Position numbers and translations under genes: made by a program
Notes under the pieces: model-generated
Told to the model about the DNA's origin: nothing
Databases searched by the model: none
Seen by the model: the letters and a program-made list of their open reading frames with translations, nothing else
Shown: in pieces, positions 57,052 through 64,000 of the stretch
Position numbering within the stretch: the first letter of the stretch is position 1
How the letters are laid out: every line of letters begins with the position of its first letter
Assembly (NCBI GenBank): GCA_036381125.1
Contig: DASVDK010000177.1
Location: 6,104 to 70,103, forward strand
Direction: 5' to 3'
DNA: 64,000 nucleotides
Source of the DNA: Thermodesulfobacteriota bacterium
GTDB lineage: Bacteria > DASVDK01

Positions 57052-58056
57052 ATGGCGACGACCCCCGCCACCAGGTGGAAGCTCGGCCTCTTCGTCGTCG
57101 TCGGGCTCGCGCTGGCGATCGGCGCTCTCTTCTGGCTCGGCGTGAGCGCCGTCGGCCGAGAGACGCTGACGATCGTGACCTACTTCGACGAGTCGGTGCA
57201 GGGTCTGAGCGTCGGCTCGGCGGTCACGTTCCGCGGCGCGCCGATCGGAACCGTCTCGCGCATCAGCGTCGCGCCGGACCGCCGCCGCATCGAGGTCGAG
57301 TGCAGCATCCTGGTGGACAGCCTCGAGCGCCTCGGGCTCGTCGAGCCGAGGGCCCTCTTCGACAGCAAGACGCGGGAGATGCCGGCCGAGCTCCGCACGC
57401 AGCTCACGCTGGCCGGTCTCACGGGCCTCGCGCTCGTGCGGCTCGACTTCTTCGACCCGGAGGCCTACCCTCCGCCGGCGCTCCCGTTCCCGACGCCGCC
57501 CAATTACATCCCGTCGGTGCCGTCGGTGTTCCGGGACATCCGCGAGGCCGTCCTGGTGGCGCTCGCCCGGTTGCCGGACCTCGAGGCACGGCTCACGGGC
57601 GTCCTCGGGAACACCGACGATGTGCTCGCGGAGGTCAAGGGCCTCGTGCGGTTCCTCGGCGCGGAGGACGGCCCGCTCGTCCGGCTCCTCACGCGGTTCG
57701 ACCGGGTCGGCGGCTCGCTGGACCGACAAGTCCAGGAGGCGCACCTCGGCAAGACCGCTGCGTCCGTGCGCGGCGCGGCGGACGCCCTCGCCGAGGCTGC
57801 GCGCAGGCTCGGGGCCGCCAGCGCCGAGTTCGACCGGGCCGCGCAGCGCGTCGCCGACGCCTCCGAGCAGGTCGGCCGCAACGCCGACGGCGTCGCCGCG
57901 GACCTGCGCGGGACGCTCGAGGACCTCGGCGAGTCGGCCGAATCGATCCGCGCGCTCGCCGACTACCTCGAGCGCGATCCCGGCGCGTTGCTGAGGGGCC
58001 GAGCGCCGGGCTCGGCCGGGCCTCCCGGCGGGGTGCGCGACGCGGGGCGGCGATGA
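57052..58056 (+). CDS. MCE/MlaD-family substrate-binding protein
   Basis: N-terminal TM …WKLGLFVVVGLALAIGALFWLG…, an MCE domain and a helical C-terminus. Confidence 0.8.
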   Translation: MATTPATRWKLGLFVVVGLALAIGALFWLGVSAVGRETLTIVTYFDESVQGLSVGSAVTFRGAPIGTVSRISVAPDRRRIEVECSILVDSLERLGLVEPRALFDSKTREMPAELRTQLTLAGLTGLALVRLDFFDPEAYPPPALPFPTPPNYIPSVPSVFRDIREAVLVALARLPDLEARLTGVLGNTDDVLAEVKGLVRFLGAEDGPLVRLLTRFDRVGGSLDRQVQEAHLGKTAASVRGAADALAEAARRLGAASAEFDRAAQRVADASEQVGRNADGVAADLRGTLEDLGESAESIRALADYLERDPGALLRGRAPGSAGPPGGVRDAGRR

Positions 58057-58700
58057 CCCGCCCCGTCCGGCGCCGAGGCGGCCGGTGGGGCCCCGCCGGG
58101 ATCGCGGCGGCGCTGGCGCTGTCCGGCTGCCTCTCGGGGCTCGTGCCGGCCCCGCCCGAGACGCCGCGGTACTTCCGCCCCGATTTCCTCGAGACCGAGC
58201 CGGCCGGTACGAGCGGAGCGGCCGGCGTGGCCGGGCGGGCCGGCCTGCCGCTGCGGCTCCGGGAGGTGCGTGCGAGCGGCAGCCTCGGCGAGCGGATCGC
58301 GTGGCGCGCCTCCGACGTCGAGGTCGGCTTCTACGAGATGCTCAGGTGGACGGACCCGCCGGCGGCCCTGGTCGAGCAGGCGCTCGCGCGCGAGTTCTAC
58401 GAGCGGCGGGGCTTCCAGCGGGCCGTGTCGGGCCAGGCTCCGGCGCTCGCCGTCACGGTGCTTGCCTTCGAGGAGGTCGTGGCCCCGGCCCACGAGGGGC
58501 GCGTCGCCCTGGCCGTGCTCCTGACCGAATCGGGCCGCGCCGTCGTCGACCGCGTCGTCGTCACCCGGCGGCCGGTGCCGGACCACGAGGCCTCGTCGCT
58601 CGCCCGGGCCCTCGGCGACGCCCTTGCCGAAGCGGTCGAGGAGATCGGCGCCCAGGTCGAGGAGGCGCTCCACGCCGCGCGGGCGGGGCCGGCGCCTTGA
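58053..58700 (+). CDS. ABC-transport auxiliary lipoprotein (YmbA/LptM-like)
   Basis: Lipobox ALSGC. Its ATG overlaps the upstream stop (ATGA) and it is last in the mla-like operon. Confidence 0.65.
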   Translation: MTRPVRRRGGRWGPAGIAAALALSGCLSGLVPAPPETPRYFRPDFLETEPAGTSGAAGVAGRAGLPLRLREVRASGSLGERIAWRASDVEVGFYEMLRWTDPPAALVEQALAREFYERRGFQRAVSGQAPALAVTVLAFEEVVAPAHEGRVALAVLLTESGRAVVDRVVVTRRPVPDHEASSLARALGDALAEAVEEIGAQVEEALHAARAGPAP

Positions 58701-58779
58701 CACCGGACGGCCCGGCTCTTACCATGACCTCTCTTCGCGCGCCCAACCCCACGGCGCGCCAGCCGTTATTCCTCGGTAG

Positions 58780-58854
58780 CTCAATGGTGGAGCAAGCGGC
58801 TGTTAACCGCAAGGTTGCAGGTTCGAGTCCTGCCCGAGGAGCCAACTGACCAGG
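58780..58854 (+). tRNA. tRNA-Asn (anticodon GTT)
   Basis: TCCTCGG acceptor, D-arm GCTCAATGGTGGAGC, anticodon loop CUGUUAA, T-arm GGTTCGAGTCC and a 3' CCA. Confidence 0.9.
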
Positions 58855-58859
58855 AGCCC

Positions 58860-59257
58860 CGATCGCGGCGCCGCGATCGGGGCTTCGCGTTTCTCGCGCG
58901 GCGCGGTCGAGGCGCCGAGCCTCAGTCCCGAAGGATCACAAGGTCTCGGCCACGGAAACCGCCCCGCGGACCTCGCTCGGTGCCCCCGCCGCCACGGCTG
59001 CGCCGTCGGCCGGACCACGGCCTCCGGGTCGAGCAGCGCGAGAAGCACGTCGAGGTCGCCGCTGCGCGAGCCGCGAGGGAGGCCCGGACGAATTCCCGCC
59101 GGCGCGTGAGATCGGCATCGGACACCGTGGCCACGCCCTGTACCCGGCGGCGCGCACGGTTGGCGAGCTGCCGTGCCGCCGTCGGGGAGCGTCCCAGCCG
59201 TGCTGGCCAAAGCCGAACGCGCCGGCGGCAGGATCGCCGGGCCGGCGCAGACTGCAA
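58860..59257 (-). pseudogene. remnant of an ECF sigma factor C-terminus with a SnoaL-like extension (5'-truncated and frameshifted)
   Basis: Region-4-like …TAARQLANRARRRVQGV… is followed by …SDADLTRRREFVRASLAARAA, and GDLDVLLALLDPEAVV continues in another frame. No sigma region 2 lies upstream. The track ORF in this frame runs through tRNA-Asn. Confidence 0.35.
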
Positions 59258-59340
59258 CCTCGGGCGGATACTTCGGCCACTTCACCGATCCAGACGGCTG
59301 CCTCTGGAAAGTCGCGAAGGGTTACGGGAAGGAGCCGTTC
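59170..59340 (+). pseudogene. C-terminal fragment of a VOC/glyoxalase-family gene
   Basis: …PAVLAKAERAGGRIAGPAQTATSGGYFGHFTDPDGCLWKVAKGYGKEPF… with no N-terminal half. Confidence 0.3.
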
Positions 59341-60158
59341 GCCGCGGAATGGCCCGTGCCGCCGCTCTGGCGCCGGCCGGCGAGCCCGAGCATCACGGTC
59401 CACCGGGGAGGCTCGATCCCCACGTCGCGGAGCCGGCGCGGCACGGCGCGCGACGTCGAGGTCGCCAGGCGACGGACGTCGACGCCGAGCGCCACGAGGA
59501 GCGGGACGGTGGCGGCGACGGTCCGGAGGTTGAGCCACATGGCCCGCGACACCGCCCGCCGGGCCGCGTGCACCCCGCGCGGGTCGGCCCGGAGGAGGCG
59601 GCGGGCCCACTCGGCGCCGCCGCTCACGTGGCGCCCCTCGTCCGCGTGGATCGCCGCGAGGACCGCTCCGGTGTCCGGGTCCACGAGGTCGCGCAGGGCG
59701 GCATAGAGGTGCAGCGAGAGCGCCTCGATCGTCAGGTGGGTGGTGGTGAGCCGCTCGGCCCAGGTGGGGGCGTCGTCCTGCCAGTCCATGAGCCGGACGA
59801 TGCTGCGGGGCGGCGATGGTAGCCGCGGGTGACGATCCGGCCGGCGGGCGGCCGAGACGGCGCCGCCCGGCGGCATGGGAATCCCCCGCCGCACGAGCCA
59901 GTCCGCCCAGAGAGCGGCGTGCCGCCGCTCGTCGTCCACCTGGCCCGCCAGGAAGCCGATGAAGTCCGCCTCGACCTCCGGCGGCCCGCCGTCGCGGCGC
60001 GCCTCCTCGAGCCACCGCGCCATGGTCTCGGCGCCGCGTGCCTCGCCGTACCAGAACACGCCGCCGGCAAGCCGTACGAGCGCCTCGTCGGCACGGGAGC
60101 GGAGTCGTCCGTCGGGCAGGTCGGTCGAGGCGCGGGGGTGCAGGCGGGACAGCATCAT
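59322..60158 (-). CDS. ferritin-like diiron-carboxylate domain protein with C-terminal TM segment
   Basis: Two ExxH motifs (DDERRH, ADEGRH). The last ~80 nt of its coding end are repeated at 63925..64000. Confidence 0.5.
   Translation of the reverse strand: MMLSRLHPRASTDLPDGRLRSRADEALVRLAGGVFWYGEARGAETMARWLEEARRDGGPPEVEADFIGFLAGQVDDERRHAALWADWLVRRGIPMPPGGAVSAARRPDRHPRLPSPPRSIVRLMDWQDDAPTWAERLTTTHLTIEALSLHLYAALRDLVDPDTGAVLAAIHADEGRHVSGGAEWARRLLRADPRGVHAARRAVSRAMWLNLRTVAATVPLLVALGVDVRRLATSTSRAVPRRLRDVGIEPPRWTVMLGLAGRRQSGGTGHSAANGSFP
59375..59453. repeat. diverged direct repeat, copy 1, of the ferritin-like gene 3' end
   Basis: gagcccgagcatcacggtccaccggggaggctcgatccccacgtcgcggagccggcgcggcacggcgcgc matches 63929..64000 with about 7 mismatches. 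Confidence 0.6.
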
Positions 60159-60307
60159 CCGGGTCCGGTCCTCCAGAGCCTACGTCCGGCGCGAGCCGTC
60201 CCACAAGAGGCGGTGCGTGGCCTGCCGGGCAAGAGAGGGTCGGCCGACGCGGCACGCGGCCGCGCTACGGTGAGCGTGACGAGAACGGCGAGTACCAAGG
60301 AGGCCCT

Positions 60308-60772
60308 ATGCGTGACACATCCGCGATACGGTCGGTGCCGGTCTGGTCCGCCCGGCGCGCCGGCCTTGCGTTCGTTGCCGGGTTCGTGTCGGTCCTGATC
60401 TTCCACCAGCTCATGTTCGCCCTCCTCTACGCCGTCGGGCTGGTCCAGGCGGCCCCCTACAACCTCCAGCCGGTCCCGCCCTTCGGCGTCCCGGCGGTGC
60501 TGTCGGCGGCCTTCTGGGGCGGCGTCTGGGGCATCGTGTTCGCCCTCGTGGAGCCGCGCTTTCCACGCGGCCCGGGCTACTGGGTCGCGGCCGTGCTGTT
60601 CGGCGCCGTGGCCCTGACGGTGGTGTTCTGGTTCGTCGTGGCCCCGCTCAAGGGCTTGCCGGTGGGCGGCGGCTGGCGGGCGGCGGCGTGGGTGCCGGGG
60701 CTGCTGGTCAACGGCGCCTGGGGGCTCGGCACCGCCCTGCTCCTGCGGGCGTTCGCCCGGCCTGCTCGCTGA
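60308..60772 (+). CDS. hypothetical membrane protein (154 aa, 4 TM)
   Basis: MRDTSAIRSVPVWSARRAGLAFVAGFVSVLIFHQL…, with an aggagg SD. Confidence 0.5.
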   Translation: MRDTSAIRSVPVWSARRAGLAFVAGFVSVLIFHQLMFALLYAVGLVQAAPYNLQPVPPFGVPAVLSAAFWGGVWGIVFALVEPRFPRGPGYWVAAVLFGAVALTVVFWFVVAPLKGLPVGGGWRAAAWVPGLLVNGAWGLGTALLLRAFARPAR

Positions 60773-61451
60773 CGCGGGCGGCCGCCCCGGCGCACGGTCG
60801 CCAGGGGGAGCCGGCGAGGCGCGCCGCCGTGCCGTCGAGGGCGTCGAGGAGCCGGTCTACCACCCAGGGGCGGCCGGTGGCTGTTGGTCTTCCAGGCCGC
60901 CGGCCTGCGCGCCTGCAATCGGCTCGTCCCGGTCCGGTACCGGCATCGGTTTGCGGGTGAGCCGGCCGACCTGCCGCCCGGGCCCCCGACCGCGGTCCCC
61001 TGGCCAGCGGGGCTTTCGGCTCGAGCCACCTCGTACGCGCATCCTCGCCGCCGACGACGCGACCGGACTCGGCCATCCGCTTTCGCATTCTTGCGGAATA
61101 GTACGGACGCGTGCAGCCCACCCATCCCATGCGGCCGTCACAACACCGAGGCGCCCACGACCACACGCTAGACCCGCCCAACGGGCCTGTCGCCTGGTGG
61201 CAGTACCGCGAGAACGGCGTAGTGACGTCGGTGGGGATGTGCTGCCCTTCGATGGCCCGGAGTCCGGAGATTGCGTGACAGCTCCTCGAGCAGCACAGGC
61301 CCAGTCCTCTGAGGGCGCCCCGATAGCACCATGATAAGGGAGCTGGCGGCCCCACGCCTGGCGGCGTGGCGGCCGCCGGCGTGGACGTGGCGCCGGCAGT
61401 GGTCCAGGCCGACGGCCAACCCGTGAGCGCGCGCGAGGAAGGACACGCACG

Positions 61452-62207
61452 ATGAAGATCGTCGTTGTCGGCGGCACCGGCCTGATCGGCTCGAAGACCG
61501 TCGCCATTCTGCGCCAGGGCGGCCACGAGGTCGTCGCCGCCTCGCCCGGTACCGGCGTCAACACCATCACCGGCAAAGGCCTCGAGGAGGCCATGGCCGG
61601 CACGCAGGTGGTGATCGACCTCGCCAATTCGCCTTCGTCCGAGGACAGGGCGGTGCTGGAATTCTTCGAGACCTCCGGCCGCAATCTTCTCGCGGCGGAG
61701 GCCGCAGCCGGCGTCCGGCACCATGTCGCGCTCTCCATCGTCGGAACCGACCGGATGCCCGACAATGGCTATTTCCGCGCCAAGGTCGCCCAGGAGAAAC
61801 TGATCGAGGGGTCGGGTATCCCCTACACCATCATCCGCTCGACCCAGTTCCTGGAGTTCCTCGGCAACATCGCCGCTTCGGCTACGGATGGAAACACGGT
61901 CAGGCTTTCGCCCGGCCTGTTCCAGCCTATCGCAGCGGACGACGTTGCCGCCATCGTCGCCGATGTGGCGCTCGCGGCGCCGCGAAACGGGATCGTCGAG
62001 ATCGCCGGCCCGGAACGAGCACCGTTGAACGAGATCGTCGCCCGCTATCTGAAGGCGCTCGGCGACCCGCGCGTCGTCGTGAGCGGCCCCGAGGCCCGAT
62101 ACTTCGGCGGCCGGGTCGAGGAGCGCTCGCTCGTGCCGCTGGGCGAAGCGCACCTCGGCCGCATCGGTCTCGACGAATGGCTCCGCCGCCCACAGGCACG
62201 AGCCTGA
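61452..62207 (+). CDS. NAD(P)H-binding SDR-family oxidoreductase (NmrA/YbjT-like)
   Basis: MKIVVVGGTGLIGSK… Rossmann fold. It shows lower GC and atypical codons (GTT, ATT, AAT, CTT) relative to the rest of the window. Confidence 0.8.
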   Translation: MKIVVVGGTGLIGSKTVAILRQGGHEVVAASPGTGVNTITGKGLEEAMAGTQVVIDLANSPSSEDRAVLEFFETSGRNLLAAEAAAGVRHHVALSIVGTDRMPDNGYFRAKVAQEKLIEGSGIPYTIIRSTQFLEFLGNIAASATDGNTVRLSPGLFQPIAADDVAAIVADVALAAPRNGIVEIAGPERAPLNEIVARYLKALGDPRVVVSGPEARYFGGRVEERSLVPLGEAHLGRIGLDEWLRRPQARA

Positions 62208-62239
62208 TCCTGCATCCGCCAACCGAAGGAGAGGACTCC

Positions 62240-62656
62240 ATGAAACGCGCCCTCTGTGCGCTGCTTGTCGCCGCCCTGCCGCTCGGCAGCGTCCTCGCCG
62301 CCGAACCGAAGTCGAAGAACGCCAAGGTGACCCTCGTCTACCAGCACGAGCTGCCGAACGTTCCCGGCAAGAGCATCAAGGGCGTGCTCGTCGAATACGG
62401 CCCGGGCGGGTACTCGCCTGCCCACACGCATGCCAGATCCGCCTTCATCTACGCGACCGTGCTCGAGGGGGCGATCCGCAGTCAGGTCAACGACGGACCG
62501 GTGACGACCTACCGGGCGGGCCAGAGCTGGTCCGAACTGCCCGGCGACCGCCACCGCGTCAGCGCCAACGCCAGCGAGACGAAGCCGGCCAGGCTCCTCG
62601 CGGTGTTCGTGGTGGACACGAACGAGACGGAACTGACGATCCCATCCGGGACCTGA
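62240..62656 (+). CDS. secreted cupin-domain protein
   Basis: Signal peptide MKRALCALLVAALPLGSVLAA and cupin motif …GPGGYSPAHTHARSAFIYATVLEG…. SD gaaggagagg. Same atypical composition as the preceding SDR gene. Confidence 0.7.
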   Translation: MKRALCALLVAALPLGSVLAAEPKSKNAKVTLVYQHELPNVPGKSIKGVLVEYGPGGYSPAHTHARSAFIYATVLEGAIRSQVNDGPVTTYRAGQSWSELPGDRHRVSANASETKPARLLAVFVVDTNETELTIPSGT

Positions 62657-62861
62657 CGTCCTGGCGGTGCAGCAAGGTGCCAGGATGACGACGGACACGG
62701 TGACAGTCGAGGAGGCCGGGCGCTGTCAGATGACCGGGCGAGACCGCCCGGGCTCTCTTGTTCCGCCGACATGCAGGTAGAACGGCGCCGACCTCGTCGT
62801 GCGCCTGCCCAATCCGGCCGTAACGAGGAGGTCGGCGATGCCATTGCACTGGGCGTGAGTT

Positions 62862-63504
62862 TCTGAGCGGGGTCGCCGATCGGTTCGGCCTGTGGGGCCC
62901 GGCAGGCGCCGTGAACGTTGCCTGGGGCGACTTCCAGCACTTCACCGCGTACACCGCTCGACTGAACCCATGGGCGCCGACGCCGGCAGCGCCGGCGCTG
63001 GCCTGGGCCGCCACCGTCGCCGAACTCGTCCTCGGCGTTGCCCTCATCCTGGGGTTCTTCACCCGGTGGTCGGCGCTTCTGAGCGGAGTCCTCCTGCTCC
63101 TGTTCGCCTTCGGGATGACCGTCGGCACCGGGCTCAAGTCCGCTCTGGGCGCTTCTGTCTTCTCTGCGGCGGCCGCGGGATTCGCGCTCGCAGTTCTGGG
63201 GCCGGGGCTCTGGACCGCGGACGGCCGGCTCGGGGATCGCCACGAGGTCGCGCGAGCACCCGGCGGCGCGGTACCCCTCGGCCCTCCCGAGCGTCCCCGG
63301 CGATCCTCGGTGGTCTCGATCCGGGAGCGCGCCGCGGTCACCCGCGCCCGCGCGCTCGGCGCGGCGGCTCCTCGACCAGTCCACGCAGACGCTCGATCGC
63401 GCGATCCCAGCCTGCGGAGATCGCATCGAGGAACGCCCGCGCCTCGTCGAGTCGGCGCGCATCGAGCGCGTAGAGCACCTCCCGGCCGCGCCTCTCGTGC
63501 GTGA
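62862..63504 (+). pseudogene. DoxX-family membrane protein remnant (N-terminal half missing)
   Basis: The frame reads FLSGVADRFGLWGPAGAVNVAWGDFQHFTAYTARLNPWAP…LILGFFTRWSALLSGVLLLLFAFGMTVGTG, which is only the C-terminal half of the family. There is no plausible start, and the ORF over-runs into arsR by about 165 nt. Confidence 0.45.
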
Positions 63505-63691
63505 CCAGGCCGGCAGCCTCGAGCACCTGCAGGTGCTTCACGATCGCCTGTCGGCTGACCTTCGCCCCGTCGGAGAGCGAGGTGGCCGACAGGGCTCCGT
63601 CGGCCCTCAGCCTGGTCACCACCGAGAGCCTCGTGCCGTCGCCGAGCGCGAAGAACACGTCGGCGATCGTCTGCTCAGCTCCCCTCGACAT
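63338..63691 (-). CDS. ArsR/SmtB-family transcriptional regulator
   Basis: wHTH …ADVFFALGDGTRLSVVTRLRADGALSATSLSDGAKVSRQAIVKHLQVLEAAGLV…. Confidence 0.8.
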   Translation of the reverse strand: MSRGAEQTIADVFFALGDGTRLSVVTRLRADGALSATSLSDGAKVSRQAIVKHLQVLEAAGLVTHERRGREVLYALDARRLDEARAFLDAISAGWDRAIERLRGLVEEPPRRARGRG

Positions 63692-63899
63692 ACCTCTTGA
63701 CGTTCTCCGCCTGCCCGGCCCAGCCCCCCTCGTTCATGCGGAAGGCCCGCTCACGTCGGTGCGGCGGCACCTTGTCGAATCCGGACTCCACGATCGTGAG
63801 GAGCGTCCCCTCGGCGACCGCCTCGAGGCGGAACTCGACGAGCGTCGATGATGGCGGCTTCGTCGTAGCAGGATGCCAGGGGGTCGGGACTATGTGCAA
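63675..63899 (-). pseudogene. C-terminal fragment of an SRPBCC (Aha1/activator of Hsp90 ATPase-like) domain protein
   Basis: …STLVEFRLEAVAEGTLLTIVESGFDKVP…MNEGGWAGQAENVKRYVEG is the usual C-terminus of ArsR-associated SRPBCC proteins. Only 74 aa are present. Confidence 0.45.
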
Positions 63900-63900
63900 C

Positions 63901-64000
63901 TCATTTGTTGCATGTCTCGGAGGCGGCCGCGAGCCCGAGCGTCACGGTCCATCGGGGCGGCTCGATCCCCACGTCGCGGAGCCGCCGCGGCACGGCGCGC
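63901..64000 (-). CDS. second ferritin-like paralog (partial; only the C-terminus lies inside the window)
   Basis: The minus frame reads …RAVPRRLRDVGIEPPRWTVTLGLAAASETCNK followed by a stop. This parallels …RAVPRRLRDVGIEPPRWTVMLGLAG… of 59322..60158. Confidence 0.45.
   Translation of the reverse strand, partial: RAVPRRLRDVGIEPPRWTVTLGLAAASETCNK
63925..64000. repeat. diverged direct repeat, copy 2
   Basis: gagcccgagcgtcacggtccatcggggcggctcgatccccacgtcgcggagccgccgcggcacggcgcgc. Confidence 0.6.

Noticed and set aside
58803-59285. 160 aa minus-strand ORF overlapping tRNA-Asn
   Set aside because: It reads through the tRNA gene. Only its upstream part is retained, as a frameshifted SnoaL-like remnant.
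61100-61446. Possible HxlR/ArsR-type regulator divergent from the acquired SDR gene
   Set aside because: Three-frame translation of the minus strand gives no winged-helix pattern. The region is treated as non-coding or degenerate.

Overview
The window is about 72% GC and dense with co-directional genes whose stops and starts often overlap by 1-4 bases (ATGA/GTGA), which suggests a deltaproteobacterium of the Myxococcales/Anaeromyxobacter type. Supporting this, the mglB-mglA pair encodes proteins that closely resemble my recollection of Myxococcus xanthus MglB/MglA (recall only, no alignment run). All annotation below comes from reading translations against recalled protein families; no database searches were run.

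Gene content in order:
- Amino acid/peptide uptake (1-6631, minus strand): a partial OppB/DppB-like permease, an M24 peptidase, and LivF, LivG, LivM, LivH and LivK.
- Regulators and small enzymes (6762-13053): an XRE-cupin regulator, a GntR-VOC pair, a YdjM-like hydrolase, an amidase, a REC-PilZ response regulator and a 2OG-Fe(II) oxygenase.
- Channel module (13161-18084): two paralogous small secreted proteins flank a small membrane protein, ilvD, a threonine dehydratase and a BacNaV-family voltage-gated channel. The channel's filter reads TLEGWVE, which is of the Ca2+-selective type.
- FNR-box operon (18531-19966): a TGAT-N4-ATCA palindrome sits upstream of a Tat-exported alpha-acetolactate decarboxylase gene followed by a Crp/Fnr regulator.
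- Gene decay (19955-22055): a 5'-truncated methyltransferase, an SDR gene with frameshifts and an internal deletion, and a polar amino acid ABC ATPase with an in-frame TAG. The rest of that ABC operon (two permeases and a binding protein) looks intact.
- Mixed enzymes and transporters (24301-30898): a polysaccharide deacetylase, an isochorismatase, a FadR-type GntR regulator, a MerA-like flavoprotein with a DedA partner, and a SulP sulfate permease.
- Glycogen region (31471-37532): glgP with an SD-sequestering hairpin, then GT2, a TPMT-like methyltransferase, a ParB/Srx-like protein and an inositol monophosphatase.
- Respiration (37529-44752): an outer membrane beta-barrel, the caa3-type cytochrome oxidase operon (coxB, coxA, coxC, coxIV, ctaG) and a lipoprotein cytochrome c.
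- Sulfur detox region (44989-49841): tandem duplicated lipoproteins, a CstB-like persulfide dioxygenase-rhodanese fusion, a DsbA-like protein and a second YdjM-like hydrolase.
- Housekeeping block (49837-54971): tadA, two tRNA-Ser genes, an SRP RNA (ffs), dnaX, ybaB, recR and mglBA.
- Mla-like operon (55105-58700): STAS-fused MlaE, MlaF, MlaD and an auxiliary lipoprotein.
- tRNA-Asn-adjacent patchwork (58780-64000): tRNA-Asn is followed by gene fragments, a ferritin-like diiron gene whose 3' end recurs at the window edge, a lower-GC SDR plus cupin pair that looks horizontally acquired, a 5'-truncated DoxX, ArsR and an SRPBCC fragment.

No rRNA, CRISPR array, transposase or integrase was recognised.
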